A stretch of 64,000 nt of DNA from assembly GCA_050174015.1 (NCBI GenBank), contig JBFXKG010000002.1:64001-128000 (forward strand), in the 5' to 3' direction. Under the pieces are notes generated by a model. The model had not been told where the DNA came from, did not search any database, and saw only the letters and a list, made by a program, of their open reading frames with translations. How positions within the stretch are numbered: the stretch's first letter is position 1; every line of letters starts with the position of its first letter. Positions 30,648 to 43,140 of this stretch are shown here, piece after piece. The position numbers and the translations under genes are program-made. This stretch comes from Candidatus Krumholzibacteriia bacterium. GTDB taxonomy: Bacteria; Krumholzibacteriota; Krumholzibacteriia; LZORAL124-64-63.

Positions 30648-32815
30648 GCCGCCTGCCCGACTTCTCCAGGGTGTCCTTCGATCCGATGGTCGCCATGGGG
30701 ACCAATTCCGGGGAAGGCGACCCCGCAGGGACCGCCGCCTCCGAGACCTGGTTGACCAACGAGCAGATCGAGGTCAAACCGCTCTACACGGTGGAAGACG
30801 TGGCCGGGTGCGAACACACCGGCTACCTGGCGGGCCTGCCTCCGTTCCTGCGGGGGCCCTACGCCTCGATGTACGTGACCCGGCCCTGGACCGTGCGCCA
30901 GTACGCCGGCTTCTCCACGGCCGAGGAATCCAACGCCTTCTACCGGCGCAACCTCGCCGCCGGCCAGAAGGGTCTTTCGGTCGCCTTCGACCTGGCGACC
31001 CACCGCGGCTACGACAGCGACCATCCGCGGGTGGTCGGGGACGTGGGCAAGGCCGGGGTGGCCATCGATTCGATCGAGGACATGAAGGTGCTGTTCGACG
31101 GCATCCCCCTGGACCGGATGTCGGTCTCGATGACCATGAACGGAGCGGTGCTGCCGGTCCTGGCGTTCTACATCGTGGCGGGTCAGGAGCAGGGGTTCGC
31201 CCTGGAACAGCTCACCGGCACGATCCAGAACGACATCCTCAAGGAGTACATGGTCCGCAACACCTACATCTACCCGCCCGACTTCAGCATGCGGATCATC
31301 GCGGACATCTTCGCCTATACCGCGCGGCACATGCCGAAGTTCAACAGCATCAGCATCAGCGGCTACCACATGCAGGAAGCCGGGGCGACCGCCGACCTGG
31401 AACTCGCCTACACCCTGGCCGACGGGCTGGAGTACGTGCGGACGGGACTGAAGGCCGGCATGGAGATCGACGCCTTCGCCCCGCGGCTGTCCTTCTTCTG
31501 GGCCGAGGGCACCAACTACTTCATGGAGATGGCGAAGCTCCGCGCCGGCCGGCTGCTGTGGGCCAAGATCATCAAGCAGTTCGAGCCCCGGAACGCCAAG
31601 TCCATGGCCCTGCGCACCCACTCGCAGACCAGCGGCTGGTCCCTGGCCGAGCAGGATCCCTACAACAACGTGGCCCGCACCTGCATCGAGGCCATGGCTG
31701 CGGTGCTGGGGGGCACGCAGTCCCTGCACACCAACGCCCTGGACGAGGCCATCGCCCTGCCCACGGACTTCTCGGCGCGCATCGCCCGCAACACCCAGCT
31801 CTTCCTGCAGGAGGAGACGGGCATCTGCCGCACCGTCGACCCCTGGGGCGGTTCCTGGTATCTTGAGAGCCTGACCGACCAGCTCATGCGCAAGGCCTGG
31901 GGGCACATCCAGGAGGTGGAGGCGCACGGCGGGATGGCCGCGGCCATCGGGGCCGGGCTGCCCAAGATGAGGATCGAGGAGGCCAGCGCCCGCCGGCAGG
32001 CTCACATCGATTCGCAGCAGGAGATCATCGTCGGGGTCAACCGCTACCGGCTGGAGAAGGAGGATCCCCTGGAGATCCTCGAGGTGGACAACACCGAGGT
32101 CCGCCGCCAGCAGATCGAACGCCTCGACGCGCTGCGCCGCCACCGCGACGAGACCGCCGTCCAGGCTGCGCTGGGCGCCCTGACCTCCGCGGCGGCCTCG
32201 AACGAAGGCAACCTGCTGGAACTGTCGGTCACCGCCGCCCGGGCCCGGGCCTCGCTGGGCGAGATCTCGTCGGCCCTGGAGAAGGTCTGCGGCCGGCACC
32301 AGGCGGAGGTCCGCACGATCAGCGGCGTCTACAAGGCCGAATTCGGAAAGGACACGGACATCGAGCGCATCAACGAGCTGATCCGGGCCTTCGAGAAGCA
32401 GGAGGGCCGCCGGCCGCGCATCCTCGTGGCCAAGATGGGGCAGGACGGGCACGACCGCGGCGCCAAGGTCGTGGCCACCGCGTTCGCCGACCTGGGCTTC
32501 GACGTCGACGTGGGGCCGCTGTTCCAGACCCCCGAGGAGACCGCCAAGCAGGCCGTCGAGAACGACGTGCACATCATCGGCATGTCGTCCCTGGCCGCCG
32601 GCCACAAGACCCTGCTGCCCCAGCTCATGGACGAACTGAAGAAGCTGGGACGGGAGGACATCATGGTCATCTGCGGCGGCGTCATTCCGGCCCAGGATTA
32701 CGAGTTTCTCTACCAGCACGGCGCGGCGGCCATCTTCGGCCCGGGCACGGTCATCCCGGTGGCGGCCCAGAAGCTGCTGGAGGAATTGATGGGGAGGCTG
32801 GGATATCAGGGCTGA
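30644..32815 (+). CDS. mutB: Methylmalonyl-CoA mutase large (alpha) subunit
   Basis: [41 protein letters not shown] cobalamin-binding motif. Confidence 0.97.
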   Translation: MSRLPDFSRVSFDPMVAMGTNSGEGDPAGTAASETWLTNEQIEVKPLYTVEDVAGCEHTGYLAGLPPFLRGPYASMYVTRPWTVRQYAGFSTAEESNAFYRRNLAAGQKGLSVAFDLATHRGYDSDHPRVVGDVGKAGVAIDSIEDMKVLFDGIPLDRMSVSMTMNGAVLPVLAFYIVAGQEQGFALEQLTGTIQNDILKEYMVRNTYIYPPDFSMRIIADIFAYTARHMPKFNSISISGYHMQEAGATADLELAYTLADGLEYVRTGLKAGMEIDAFAPRLSFFWAEGTNYFMEMAKLRAGRLLWAKIIKQFEPRNAKSMALRTHSQTSGWSLAEQDPYNNVARTCIEAMAAVLGGTQSLHTNALDEAIALPTDFSARIARNTQLFLQEETGICRTVDPWGGSWYLESLTDQLMRKAWGHIQEVEAHGGMAAAIGAGLPKMRIEEASARRQAHIDSQQEIIVGVNRYRLEKEDPLEILEVDNTEVRRQQIERLDALRRHRDETAVQAALGALTSAAASNEGNLLELSVTAARARASLGEISSALEKVCGRHQAEVRTISGVYKAEFGKDTDIERINELIRAFEKQEGRRPRILVAKMGQDGHDRGAKVVATAFADLGFDVDVGPLFQTPEETAKQAVENDVHIIGMSSLAAGHKTLLPQLMDELKKLGREDIMVICGGVIPAQDYEFLYQHGAAAIFGPGTVIPVAAQKLLEELMGRLGYQG

Positions 32816-34716
32816 GGGACGGGGGCCTGATCCCAAAGGATCTCGTAGACAGCGGAATCCCCGCCCCGCATGACTTCGCGGAATCGCGGATCAGCGTCGA
32901 TGGTATCCCGGTTGATGGGATGCCGTGAATCCGGCAGGGCCGTGTCGCTCACGAACAGGTACCGCGTTTCCAGGTCCCTGAGGGCGACCGTCTGCTCCGG
33001 CCAGGGGTCGTCCAGAAGGTGGGCGATGGGCCCCCGATGCAGGCGCCCCTCCTTCTCGCCGAGGCCCCAGGTGCAGGGATCCAGGAATCTCAACCCGCTC
33101 AGGTGCATGGCCCAGAAGCTGCCGTCGTTGTCCTGGTTGGCGACCACCGCAGACGGCGGGAACTCCTGCTTCATGCGCTCGGCCAGGCGGGCATCCTCCA
33201 CGCTGAACGGAACCACCATCGTGAAATTCAGCATGTTCCGGTAGCTCCAGTAGCATCCCGGATACAGCCAGCGTGCGGCGATGATCAGCACCAGCCCGAC
33301 CTGGACCGCCGTCCGTCCCGGCCAGCGCAACCGCGACCACAGCGTCCCCATCCCGTCGACGACCAGGAAGAACGCCCCCGAGACCAGCAAGGGCATCAGG
33401 AAGATCTGGGGATAGAGGAGACGTCCCGCCTGGTGATAGAAGGGTCGGGTCAGCAGGAGGCTGACCGGATCCTGCACCTGCCTCAGCCCGAGGAACAGCA
33501 GGGTCATCACCAGCGAGGTCATCCAGACCCGCCTCATCCCCCGGCGGAACACCCCGGCCAGCAGGGCGGGTCCGATCATCAGCTGCAGGATGGGCACGTT
33601 CCCGCCGGCGAAGGTGGTGAACTGCTGCCAGGCGGCCTTCCAGCCCGGCGGGGGCGGGACCTGGTGGCCGGCCGTGAACGCGTTGTAGGACGTGAACGTG
33701 GGCAGCAGGGGCACCAGGCCGCCCACCACGAGGATCCCGGCGGCGAGGGCGAGTCTGGGGGCCGCACTGCGCCAGCGGGCCCGGTCGGTCCCCCGGGGCC
33801 AGGCCGCCGGAGCCAGGATCAGGACGGCGAAGACCTCGGCGGTGTGGACGTGCAGCAGCCCCAGCAAGGCCAGGCCCGCGGCCAGGCCTGCGGGCCAGCC
33901 GGCCGGTCCGGCGGCGTTCCGCAGGAGGACCACGGCCCAGGGCAGCGCGAAGAGGCCGATGATCTGCCCGTATCCTCCCCAGGAGAAGATGCCCGTGGGC
34001 ATGAAGTAGTTGGCGGTCAGGAACCCGGCGCCCAGGCCCATGATCCGGCCGGGGATTCCGAAGGCCCGCCACGCCAGGGTTCCCATGGCCGGCAGCAGGC
34101 AGGCGCAGGCGGCGGCGAGGTACCAGGCGCTGACGTGGGGCAGGGTGCCGGTCAGGCGGGAGATGAGAGCCGCCCCGGCATGCCAGCCGAGCAGGTAGTC
34201 CTGCGGAGGGGAACCGTAGGGCGGGCCGAAGACCAGCCTCCGGTCCAGGCTGGCGTGCTCGACGATCTGCCGGACCATGAAGGAATGGTTGCTGGCGTCG
34301 TGGAGGTGCGGCGAGGCGGCGAACCCAGCGAAGGCCTGCTGGATGACCAACGCCAGGGCGGCGCCTCCGGCCAGGGCGCCCAGCAGGGCGGGCCCACGGA
34401 GGGTGGGGATGCCGGCGCCGACCTCCTGCCAGAGCACCCGGTAGCGGCGGCTCCGGTCGAGGACCACGGCCAGTCCCATGACGACCAGGGCGTAGTAGGC
34501 CGGGGTCAAGGGGATCTGTAAAAAGGACATGGCGTGGCCGAGGAGGGGAAAGGCCAGCATGCCCGTGGCCAGGCTCGCAAGGAACCGCGTGAACCGGTCC
34601 TGCCCTGCGAGGCGAGGGCCTGCCAGGGCAAAACCAGGGCCCGCGGTCAGCAGCAGGAAGCCGGCCAGCCAGGCCAGGAATCCGGGCAGATCCGAAAATG
34701 GCGTGAGATGGTCCAT
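32806..34716 (-). CDS. Polytopic membrane protein (DUF6541-like, possible GT-C-type glycosyltransferase)
   Basis: Many TM segments; HDASNH, YLLGWH, WGGYGQ, HTAE motifs; soluble C-terminal domain. Confidence 0.6.
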   Translation of the reverse strand: MDHLTPFSDLPGFLAWLAGFLLLTAGPGFALAGPRLAGQDRFTRFLASLATGMLAFPLLGHAMSFLQIPLTPAYYALVVMGLAVVLDRSRRYRVLWQEVGAGIPTLRGPALLGALAGGAALALVIQQAFAGFAASPHLHDASNHSFMVRQIVEHASLDRRLVFGPPYGSPPQDYLLGWHAGAALISRLTGTLPHVSAWYLAAACACLLPAMGTLAWRAFGIPGRIMGLGAGFLTANYFMPTGIFSWGGYGQIIGLFALPWAVVLLRNAAGPAGWPAGLAAGLALLGLLHVHTAEVFAVLILAPAAWPRGTDRARWRSAAPRLALAAGILVVGGLVPLLPTFTSYNAFTAGHQVPPPPGWKAAWQQFTTFAGGNVPILQLMIGPALLAGVFRRGMRRVWMTSLVMTLLFLGLRQVQDPVSLLLTRPFYHQAGRLLYPQIFLMPLLVSGAFFLVVDGMGTLWSRLRWPGRTAVQVGLVLIIAARWLYPGCYWSYRNMLNFTMVVPFSVEDARLAERMKQEFPPSAVVANQDNDGSFWAMHLSGLRFLDPCTWGLGEKEGRLHRGPIAHLLDDPWPEQTVALRDLETRYLFVSDTALPDSRHPINRDTIDADPRFREVMRGGDSAVYEILWDQAPVPQP

Positions 34717-34774
34717 GGCGGCGAAGGCTAGGCCAACCCCGTGGTTCCGTCAAGGCGCGGACTCGCCGGTCGGA

Positions 34775-36211
34775 TCAGCTTTGACCCCGCTGGTGGCGGG
34801 CGGCCTGCAGGTGGGTCATCGCCGTCTCCAGGAACAGGGCGCGCGCCTGGGCGTGGTCGACCACCGGCCGGGGATATTCCACGCCCAGGGTGAGCCCCGC
34901 GGCAGCGAGGACGGCGGCGGGCGCCTCCCAGGGCGCGTGGATGTGCTTGGCGGGCAGACCGGCAAGTACGGGCACCCAACGCCGCACGTAATCCCCCTGG
35001 GGATCGTACCGGCGTCCCTGGCTGACGGGGTTGAAGACCCGGAAGTAGGGCTGGGCGTCGCAGCCGCAGCCGGCCGACCACTGCCAGCCGGCATTGTTCT
35101 GGGCCCAGTCTCCGTCCACCAGGTACTTCAGGTAGTGGGCCTCGCCCTGCGCGTAGGGGATGAGCAGGTGCTTGGTCAGGAAGCTGGCGCTGATCATGCG
35201 GGCGCGGTTGTGCACGAAACCCTCGGCCAGCAGCTGCCGGGCCGCCGCATCGACCACGGGGTAGCCCGTCAGGCCGGCGGTCCAGGCGTCCCAGAGGCGG
35301 GCATCCTCGCTCCAGGGAAAGTCCCGCCACTCCGACCGGAACGGTTCGCCGAGCAGCTCGGGCCGATCCCACAGGGTGGAATGGGCGAACTCCCGCCAGA
35401 TCAGCTCGACGGGGAAACGGTTGCCCGCCGGGGCCCGTCCCAGGGCTGACTGCACCGCGTTCCACACGCTGCGGACCGACAGCACGCCGAACTTGAGATC
35501 GGCCGAGAGGCGGCTTGTGCCGTCGTGGTCCATGCGGTCGCGTTCGGTGTCGTAGGAGAAAAGCGGACCGGCGCAGAAGGCGCGCAACCGCTCGCGGGCC
35601 GCCTTCTCGCCGCCGGGGATGAGGCGGGGATTGCGGACGAGACCCATGGTCTCCAGGTCGGTTACGGCGACGAATTCGCCCCGGATGTCCGGAGGAACGG
35701 GCGGCAAGGACCCGGGGGCGGGCAGGGCGGGACCGATGCGGGCCGCCTTCATGAAAGCCTTGCTGAAGGGCGTGAACACGGCGTAGGGGCCGCCGCTTCC
35801 GGTGCGCAGCGTTCCGGGGGGATGCAGGGTCTCGCCCTCGTAGAGAGCGAAGGGGACGTCCAGGGCCTCGGCGATGCGGCGGTCCCGCTCGCGGCCGAAG
35901 GGCTCGGTCCAGCGGTGGGCCACGAGGCGGTCGATCCTCCAGCGGCGCACGAGTTCGGGAACGACCTCGACGCTGCGTCCCCGGACCAGCAGCAACCGGC
36001 CTCCGAGGTGGGCGACGTTCCGTTCCAGGGCGGCCAGGGAATCCAGCAGGAACTGCATGCGGTGGGGGAGTTCCCGGGCCTTCTCCGGGGCGAAGAAGTA
36101 CGGGTCGATCACGAACAGGAGGATCGCCTCGCCGCCGGCGAGGGCGTCGCGCAGGGGCTCGTGGTCGGCCAGCCGAAGGTCCTTGCCGCGGAACCAGACC
36201 AGGGTGCGCAT
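34775..36211 (-). CDS. phrB: Class I CPD DNA photolyase
   Basis: [56 protein letters not shown]. Confidence 0.92.
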   Translation of the reverse strand: MRTLVWFRGKDLRLADHEPLRDALAGGEAILLFVIDPYFFAPEKARELPHRMQFLLDSLAALERNVAHLGGRLLLVRGRSVEVVPELVRRWRIDRLVAHRWTEPFGRERDRRIAEALDVPFALYEGETLHPPGTLRTGSGGPYAVFTPFSKAFMKAARIGPALPAPGSLPPVPPDIRGEFVAVTDLETMGLVRNPRLIPGGEKAARERLRAFCAGPLFSYDTERDRMDHDGTSRLSADLKFGVLSVRSVWNAVQSALGRAPAGNRFPVELIWREFAHSTLWDRPELLGEPFRSEWRDFPWSEDARLWDAWTAGLTGYPVVDAAARQLLAEGFVHNRARMISASFLTKHLLIPYAQGEAHYLKYLVDGDWAQNNAGWQWSAGCGCDAQPYFRVFNPVSQGRRYDPQGDYVRRWVPVLAGLPAKHIHAPWEAPAAVLAAAGLTLGVEYPRPVVDHAQARALFLETAMTHLQAARHQRGQS

Positions 36212-36290
36212 GGAACTCCTCGCAACGGGGAGGACCCGGTCACGGCGACGGGATCCCGGGAAATCTACACCAGGGCGTACCGGGTCGCGA

Positions 36291-38636
36291 CTAGCGAATG
36301 TACCCGGCCATATCGGTGCTCTGAGGCAGATTGATGATGGTGCGCACCAGCGCCTGTTCGTCCTGGTGGATCGCGTTCTCCATGCCTTCGTCCAGGGCTC
36401 CGGCCGAGGTGATGTACATCAGATACCCGACCTCGCTGCAGAGGGAGTGGTCGTAGACCCCGAGGACGTGGCCCATCTCGTGCATGGCGACCTCGATGAT
36501 CCGTTGCTCCGGGAATAGGCCGATGTTGATGTAGAGCCCCATCTGTTCCGGGACGGCGTCCCCGAGGTACCGGACCCCCGGCGGCGACAGCATGACCACC
36601 TGCCCGTTGACCTGGGGGACGGCGTCCGAGAACGACGCAACCACCTCGGCGTTCAGGGAGTCGGCGGTCTCGGTGAACAGGTCCATTCCCATGGTGGCGT
36701 TCCACTGGTTCATGGCCAGCCGGGTCAGGGCGGGGAAGTCGTCGTCCACGGTGGGGGGAGCGTCCGGAAGGTAGACCCTCAGCGGGAAATGGCCCCACTT
36801 GTGGAGGCGCTGGTCGGGGCGGTTGTTGGTCGGCCCGTCGGTCTTGGTCATCTGCATCAGGTAGTCCAGGAAGTCCACGTAGCGCTCGCCGCAGGCCGCG
36901 TCGGTTTCGTGCCGGGGAATCAGTCCGATGGCGATCTCGCCCGGATCCTCGTCCTCCGGGCCGGTGAACCGGTAGTCGAACCAGGCGCCGGGTTGCCACT
37001 CCGCGGTGCGGGTCTCCAGGATGAAGGCGTGGTTGCTGGCGATTCCCGGGAAGGCGAATGCCCCGGACCCGTCGGTGAGGGTTTCGAGAGCCGGGTCCGA
37101 GCCAGCCAGGAGGACCACCGGGGCTCCGGCGACCGCCAGACCGAGGCCGTCGGTCAGACGTCCGGCGATCGTGCGGTCGAAGGTGGGGGTTTCCACGGTC
37201 TCAGGGGTCACGGGGGACAGGACGTCCTGCTCGTTGCGGGCCCGCACGGCGAGCCAGATCGTTTGGCCGGGCACCAGGCCGTGAGTCTCGGGCTCCAGCG
37301 TCAGCTGGTAGGCCTCCCGGCCGTCCTGAGCAGGAATCGTGGCCAGCAGGTCGGCGCCGCTCCAGTTGTCCACGGTGATGGCTTCAGCCGTACTTCCGGC
37401 GACCAGATAGTCGGCGATGGGGACCTGCACGTTCTCGACGGCGGTCCAGGCGAGATCGATTTCTCCGGTCCGTTCACCGGCCCGGGTGGTGAAATCCTCG
37501 ACCTGGAGTGGGGCGAGGGCCAGGTACCGTCCAGTGAATTCGATGGATCCGGCCATGGGCAAGGTCAAGGTCTGGGTGGGGGGAATGGGGGACGCCCAAC
37601 CCGGGACTTCCCCCCAGGTCAAGGTGTAGGTGTTCGGGGCCACCAGGATCGAGCCCCCACCGGTCCCGTGAAGGTCGAGGCCGTTGGCGGTTTTCAGGGT
37701 CCAGGATGGCTCCAGATCATCCGGGACCGGTGTCACCGTCAGCAGGCCCATGTTGTCCTCGTCGGGAACGTAGACCCCGTAGACCACGTTGTCCACGCCC
37801 TCGCGGACTCTGACGACGGCGACGTCGCCCTCGTGCTCCTGGTAGGGGCCGAAGTCCACCACGAATCCCAGGATTGGCCAGTACAGGACGCGGTAGTAGT
37901 CCAGGGGCAAACCGATCAGGGTCGTGTCTCCTTCCCCCTCGATGAAGAAGTCCTCGTCCATCAGGCGGGTCACTTCCCAGAAGAACGCGTATTCCTCGCC
38001 TGGGCTGAAGTGGGCGATGGTCAGGTCGCCGCAGTTGCAGGGGCCCGGCGAGTAGGTGTGGGAGAAGACGGTCGTGTCGTCCTCGACGACCGCCGCGGTG
38101 ACGGTGAAGGGTCCCGGGTTGACCCAGCCATCGAGGCCCTGCCAGGTGATCGTGTAGTCTCCCACGGGGAGATCGCCCAGGACCGCTGAGCCGACGCCGG
38201 GATAGGAGAAGAAGTCCGGCCCATCGAGCAACCAGGGGGCGGCCAGGGTGTCGGGGGTGATCGCGACGGAAACGGAACCGGTCTCAGGCAGGGGAAAATA
38301 GGTTCCGGTGAAGACGAGGCTGTCCCCGGAGGCGAGGGAATCGGTCCGCACCGCGGGGACCGGCAGCGCCCATCCGGGGACCGACTCCCAGGTCATCCGG
38401 TACGGCCCGACGGCCAGGTCCGAAAGGATGCTGTCGCCTGCGCCTGTGACCAGGTTCCCGCCCGGCCCTTCCAGCCGCCAGGGGGACGCCAGGGTGTCGG
38501 GGGAGGCGCCGATCACCACGGTGCCGGACTTCACGGGCGGGTGGAGCGGGTCGTCGTCGCTGCAGGCGACCAGGACGGCGGACAGGGCGAGCAGGACGAG
38601 TGAAACGGACGCGACAGGAACATGGAGCCTGGCCAT
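36291..38636 (-). CDS. Lipoprotein with internal repeats and a C-terminal metzincin (matrixin-like) metalloprotease
   Basis: Lipobox LVAC; four repeats of about 85 aa; carboxypeptidase-regulatory-like segment (IAGRLTDG...TDGSGAF); [12 protein letters not shown] and Met-turn LMY. Confidence 0.75.
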   Translation of the reverse strand: MARLHVPVASVSLVLLALSAVLVACSDDDPLHPPVKSGTVVIGASPDTLASPWRLEGPGGNLVTGAGDSILSDLAVGPYRMTWESVPGWALPVPAVRTDSLASGDSLVFTGTYFPLPETGSVSVAITPDTLAAPWLLDGPDFFSYPGVGSAVLGDLPVGDYTITWQGLDGWVNPGPFTVTAAVVEDDTTVFSHTYSPGPCNCGDLTIAHFSPGEEYAFFWEVTRLMDEDFFIEGEGDTTLIGLPLDYYRVLYWPILGFVVDFGPYQEHEGDVAVVRVREGVDNVVYGVYVPDEDNMGLLTVTPVPDDLEPSWTLKTANGLDLHGTGGGSILVAPNTYTLTWGEVPGWASPIPPTQTLTLPMAGSIEFTGRYLALAPLQVEDFTTRAGERTGEIDLAWTAVENVQVPIADYLVAGSTAEAITVDNWSGADLLATIPAQDGREAYQLTLEPETHGLVPGQTIWLAVRARNEQDVLSPVTPETVETPTFDRTIAGRLTDGLGLAVAGAPVVLLAGSDPALETLTDGSGAFAFPGIASNHAFILETRTAEWQPGAWFDYRFTGPEDEDPGEIAIGLIPRHETDAACGERYVDFLDYLMQMTKTDGPTNNRPDQRLHKWGHFPLRVYLPDAPPTVDDDFPALTRLAMNQWNATMGMDLFTETADSLNAEVVASFSDAVPQVNGQVVMLSPPGVRYLGDAVPEQMGLYINIGLFPEQRIIEVAMHEMGHVLGVYDHSLCSEVGYLMYITSAGALDEGMENAIHQDEQALVRTIINLPQSTDMAGYIR

Positions 38637-38876
38637 GAAGAGTCCCCCTTCGGCCACCGCAGGGTGGATGTTCATGCCCCATGTTGCGGGGAACCGGATT
38701 CGCCCGCATCCTGAGTCTAAGGAAACCGGGGGGAAGGATCAACCCCGGAATTGCCGGGAGGGAACACCCGCTGCCGACAACCTTTCCGTCCGGGCTGCGT
38801 ATCAGAAAGTCGGCCCGTTCTTCCGACCACCCAGCGGGGCCATCACCCGATGGCCCGGACCGAAGGAGTTGCGACC

Positions 38877-40937
38877 ATGACGAGATCCCACCGGCTCATT
38901 CCCCTTCTGGTCGTTCTCGCCACCCTGGCCGGGTGCGGCGGCGGGGACGAGGCCACCAACACCGACGAGGTTGCGATGACCCTGCCACCCCTTCTCGACC
39001 GGGAGCTGTTCTTCGGCGATCCGAAGATCAGCGGCGCCCAGCTGTCCCCGGACGGGACCTTGATGAGCTTCATGAAACCCTACAACGGCGCCCGGAACAT
39101 CTGGGTCAAGGCGGCGGACGAACCCTTCGCCGCGGCCCGGCCGGTCACCGCCGACGAGCGGCCCGTGCCCGGCTACTTCTGGAGCCGGGACAGCAAGTAC
39201 CTGCTCTACGTGCAGGACAAGGGCGGGGACGAGAACTTCCACGTCTGGGCCGTCGACCCCGCCGCCGCGCCCGAGCCGGACAAGGGCGTCCCCCCCTGCC
39301 GGGACCTGACGCCGGTGGACGGGGTCCGCGCCCAGATCTACTCGGTCCCCAAGGCCAATCCGGACCTGATCATCGTTGGCCTGAACGACCGGGATCCGAG
39401 CTTCCACGACATCTACCGGGTCGACATCCGGACGGGCGACCGGGTCCTGCTGCGTGAAAACACCGAGGGCGTCGGCGCCTGGGTCTTCGACAACGAAGGC
39501 GAACTGCGGCTGGCCTACCGCCAGATGCCGGGGGGAGGGGGAGAGATCCTGCGGGTCGACCTGCAGGGGCTCGTCCAGATCGCCTCCTGGACCTACGAGG
39601 AGGAATTCAACCCCGTGGGCTTCCACCCCGACCGCACCCGTTGCTACGTCTCGACCAACCGCGGCGACGCCGACCTCGAGCAGCTCATGCTGATGGAGGT
39701 CGAGACCGGCGCCTGTGAGCTGGTGGAGAAGGATCCGCTGGACGAGGTGGACTTCGGCGGCGCGGTGTTCCATCCCGAGACCGACGCCCTGCTGGCCACC
39801 TTCTACGTGGGGGACCGGGCCCGGGTGTACCCGCAGACCGAGGAGGCCGCGAAGTTCTGGTCGGACCTGAAGCAAGCCCTCCCGGAGGGCGAAATCGGCA
39901 TCAGCACCATCAGCGACGACATGACCAAGGTGCTCTGCTCGGTGTCCAGCGACGTGGACCCGGGATCGGTCTATCTCTTCGATGCGGCCACGGGCAAGGC
40001 GACCCTGCAGTACCGTTCCCGCCCCGAGCTGCCGAGCGAGCACCTGGCCCCGATGAAGCCGGTCAGCTTCACCGCCCGCGACGGCATGACCATCCACGGC
40101 TACCTCACCCTGCCCCGGGGCCTGGAGGCCAAGAACCTGCCGGTGGTCATGTACATCCACGGCGGCCCCTGGGCCCGCGACTACTGGGGCTACGAACCCT
40201 ATTGCCAGTTCCTGGCCAACCGCGGCTACGCCGTGATGCAGGTCAACTACCGCAGCTCCTCGGGGTACGGGAAGACCTACTCCAACGCGGGCAACCGCGA
40301 GTGGGGCATCGGGGCCATGCAGCACGACGTGACCGACGCGGTGCAATACCTCATCGCCGAAGGGATCGCCGACCCGGCGAAAGTCGCCATATTCGGGGGC
40401 AGTTACGGCGGATATGCCACCCTGGCGGGCGTGACCTTCACCCCCGACCTCTACGCCTGCGGCATCCCCTACGTGGGACCGTCGAACCTGATCACCCTCA
40501 TCGAGAGCTTCCCCGAATACTGGAAGCCCTTCCTCGAGGGATCCTGGTACAAGAAGGTGGGCAACCCCGACGTCGAGTCCGACCGGCAGGACCTGATCGC
40601 CCGCTCTCCCCTGTTCCATTGCGATCAGATCAAGGTCCCCCTGCTGGTCGTGCACGGTGCGAACGACCCGCGCGTCAAGCAGCACGAGTCCGACCAGATC
40701 GTGGTCGCCCTGCGCCAGAAGGGCAAGGCGGTGGAGTACATCGTCGCGCCCGACGAGGGGCACGGTTTCCGCGCGCCGGGCAACCGCAAGGCCCTGGCGG
40801 TGGCCATGGAGAAGTTCCTGGCCAGGCAGCTGGGCGGGCGGTTCCAGGAGGACGTGCGCCCGGATACGCAAAAAAGGCTTGACGAGATCACGGTGGATGT
40901 CGGTACGGTTGTCGTCAGTGAACCCGGAGAGGGTTGA
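38877..40937 (+). CDS. S9-family peptidase lipoprotein
   Basis: Lipobox LAGC; HGGPW, GGSYGG (Ser), NDPRV (Asp), EGHGF (His); AAGGAG RBS. Confidence 0.92.
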   Translation: MTRSHRLIPLLVVLATLAGCGGGDEATNTDEVAMTLPPLLDRELFFGDPKISGAQLSPDGTLMSFMKPYNGARNIWVKAADEPFAAARPVTADERPVPGYFWSRDSKYLLYVQDKGGDENFHVWAVDPAAAPEPDKGVPPCRDLTPVDGVRAQIYSVPKANPDLIIVGLNDRDPSFHDIYRVDIRTGDRVLLRENTEGVGAWVFDNEGELRLAYRQMPGGGGEILRVDLQGLVQIASWTYEEEFNPVGFHPDRTRCYVSTNRGDADLEQLMLMEVETGACELVEKDPLDEVDFGGAVFHPETDALLATFYVGDRARVYPQTEEAAKFWSDLKQALPEGEIGISTISDDMTKVLCSVSSDVDPGSVYLFDAATGKATLQYRSRPELPSEHLAPMKPVSFTARDGMTIHGYLTLPRGLEAKNLPVVMYIHGGPWARDYWGYEPYCQFLANRGYAVMQVNYRSSSGYGKTYSNAGNREWGIGAMQHDVTDAVQYLIAEGIADPAKVAIFGGSYGGYATLAGVTFTPDLYACGIPYVGPSNLITLIESFPEYWKPFLEGSWYKKVGNPDVESDRQDLIARSPLFHCDQIKVPLLVVHGANDPRVKQHESDQIVVALRQKGKAVEYIVAPDEGHGFRAPGNRKALAVAMEKFLARQLGGRFQEDVRPDTQKRLDEITVDVGTVVVSEPGEG

Positions 40938-40962
40938 TACCTGCTTCGCGGTTCTTCAGCAG

Positions 40963-40994
40963 ACCGGCGGTCCTCCCGGGGGCCGCCGGTTTTT
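40963..40994 (+). terminator. Rho-independent terminator
   Basis: ACCGGCGGTCC...GGCCGCCGGT followed by a T-tract. Confidence 0.7.
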
Positions 40995-41072
40995 CCATGG
41001 CGCCCGGCAGGTCTGGACCCGGGTTCCCTCGCGGGTTAGAATCAAGGCTGACACCCGGGGAAAGGCCCTCAC

Positions 41073-42203
41073 TTGAGCGACAGGAAACGCAAATCCGAGA
41101 AACCCCGGCCTTCCGCCCTGCACGTGCGCGAGGGCGTGACCGGAGGCCACGACGGCCTGGCGACAGGTCGAGGCGCCGCCCCGCGAGGGGGCAACGGCGC
41201 ATCCCGGCGCCTGCTGGGCGCCGGCGAATACGTCGACGGGGTGCGGGCGGGCGACCGGATGGTCCTGGCCCGGGCGATCACGCTCGTGGAATCCAACGCT
41301 CCGGCCCACCAGGAACTGGCCCAGGAGGTCCTGACCGCCCTGCTGCCCCACCGGGTCGAGGCGGTCCGGCTGGGGATCACAGGCGTGCCCGGAGCGGGCA
41401 AGAGCACGCTCATCGAAATCCTCGGGACGAGCCTGACCGCTGCCGGCCACAAGGTCGCCGTGACGGCCGTCGATCCCAGCAGCAGCCTCAGCGGCGGCAG
41501 CATCCTGGGGGACAAGACCCGCATGGAGAAGCTGGCCGCCGATCCCCGAGCCTTCATCCGGCCCTCGCCCTCGGGCGGCACCCTGGGCGGGGTGGCCCGC
41601 AAGACCCGCGAGACCGTCATCCTGTTCGAGGCCGCCGGCTACGACGTGATCCTGGTGGAGACCGTGGGGGTGGGCCAGAGCGAGATCATGGTCCGGTCCA
41701 TGGTGGACTTCTTCCTGCTGGTGTTGATCTCCGGGGCCGGAGACGAACTCCAGGGCATCAAGAAGGGCGTGGTCGAGATCGCCGACGCCATCCTGATCAA
41801 CAAGGCCGACGGGTCCGACCTGCAGGCCGCCCGCGCCGCCCAGGCCGAATTCGAACGCATTCTCAACTACCTGCGCCCCGCCACCGAGGGCTGGCGGACC
41901 CGCTCGCTCCTCAGCTCGGCCCGGACCGGGGCGGGCATCGCCGAACTCTGGCAGGTCATCGGCGAGTTCATGACCATCACCCGCCGCAGCGGGGTGCACG
42001 CCGAGCGCCGGGCCCAGCAGGAAAGGCAGTGGGTGCGGGATCTGGTCCGCGAGGGACTCCAGGCGATGTTCCGGGACCGGCCGGGCCTGGCCGAGACCAT
42101 GGACGGGCTGGAGGAGGAGGTGGCCATGGGCCGTCTGCCGGCGACCGTCGCGGCCCGCCGTCTCCTGGATGCGTTCGCGGGCGGGTGGTCCGGAAAGTCG
42201 TGA
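41073..42203 (+). CDS. meaB: Methylmalonyl-CoA mutase-associated GTPase MeaB
   Basis: GITGVPGAGKST, VDPSSSLSGGSILGDKTRM, ETVGVGQSE, GDELQGIKKG, NKAD. Confidence 0.95.
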   Translation: MSDRKRKSEKPRPSALHVREGVTGGHDGLATGRGAAPRGGNGASRRLLGAGEYVDGVRAGDRMVLARAITLVESNAPAHQELAQEVLTALLPHRVEAVRLGITGVPGAGKSTLIEILGTSLTAAGHKVAVTAVDPSSSLSGGSILGDKTRMEKLAADPRAFIRPSPSGGTLGGVARKTRETVILFEAAGYDVILVETVGVGQSEIMVRSMVDFFLLVLISGAGDELQGIKKGVVEIADAILINKADGSDLQAARAAQAEFERILNYLRPATEGWRTRSLLSSARTGAGIAELWQVIGEFMTITRRSGVHAERRAQQERQWVRDLVREGLQAMFRDRPGLAETMDGLEEEVAMGRLPATVAARRLLDAFAGGWSGKS

Positions 42204-42250
42204 CCCCCGGACCCCGGAACCGCCGCGGCGGTCCGGGACCCGGGGGTTCA
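42201..42250. terminator. Long imperfect hairpin between convergent genes
   Basis: TGACCCCCGG...CCGCCGCGGCGG...CCGGGGGTTCA. Confidence 0.45.
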
Positions 42251-42269
42251 GGGGTTCATTGCCTTCGCT

Positions 42270-42980
42270 CTACCGGTAGAGGCTCTTGATCGATCCCCAG
42301 GATCCGGTCTCGTTGTCGACGCTCAGCGCTCCGCAGACCACGTCCCCGAACAGGATGTGCTTGCCGCCTCCGGTCTTGTCGGGGATCAGGAACATGTCCT
42401 CCCAGCCGAATCCGCGATCGACGTATTCCACGCAGGGGGCGGGCTGGTCGTCGATGGCCAGGAAGGCCGGCGAGCCGCCCTCATACCCCAGGGACAGGAA
42501 GTAGGGCTGGTCGAACCACTGCAGCGGGCACTGGGCCATGGGGACGGTCACCAGCTGGTAGCCCGGTTCCTCGACGAGGATGGTCACGGGCTGGCCGAGG
42601 CAGACCTCCGGGCCGGGAAACATGCACTCGGTGGTGGGGTCGAGGTTCACGGCCAGCAGGCGGGGGACGACCTGGAGGAGCGCCGGGACCTGCTGGGGCT
42701 CGAAATAGAGCAGCTGGTAGATGGTCTCGACCGTGAATCCCCCTTCGGTGCAACCGCACTGGTCCTGGGGATTGACGAGGTAGGCGAAGGTTTCATTGCC
42801 CGTGAAGAGTTCGGGGCCGGAAATCCCCACCGCATCGTTGAGATTGCCGATCTGGCAATCGGCAGTCGCCTCGGCCGGATGGTCCCAGCGCTCGGCGGGG
42901 AGGTCGGCGGCCAGGGCGCCGGCGGCCGCTCCCAGGATCAACAGGCAGATGACGGCGAGGATGCGGGCTTGGGAATTCAT
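42270..42980 (-). CDS. Secreted Cys-rich protein with C-terminal 'WGxIKxLYR' tail
   Basis: Signal peptide MNSQARILAVICLLILGAAAGALA; several Cys; ends VDNETGSWGSIKSLYR. Confidence 0.8.
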   Translation of the reverse strand: MNSQARILAVICLLILGAAAGALAADLPAERWDHPAEATADCQIGNLNDAVGISGPELFTGNETFAYLVNPQDQCGCTEGGFTVETIYQLLYFEPQQVPALLQVVPRLLAVNLDPTTECMFPGPEVCLGQPVTILVEEPGYQLVTVPMAQCPLQWFDQPYFLSLGYEGGSPAFLAIDDQPAPCVEYVDRGFGWEDMFLIPDKTGGGKHILFGDVVCGALSVDNETGSWGSIKSLYR

Positions 42981-43140
42981 GGCTGAACCTTTCCCCGATG
43001 GGACCCCCGGTGAGGGATAATCACGATGCCGATCACGGAGATCATAGCCGATCCCGGGGAGAAATGCAATGGGCAGCCTGGAGGGCCGGGATTCAGGTAA
43101 TTTGTTTCATGAGAGATTTAATCTATTGTTGATGAAAGAA

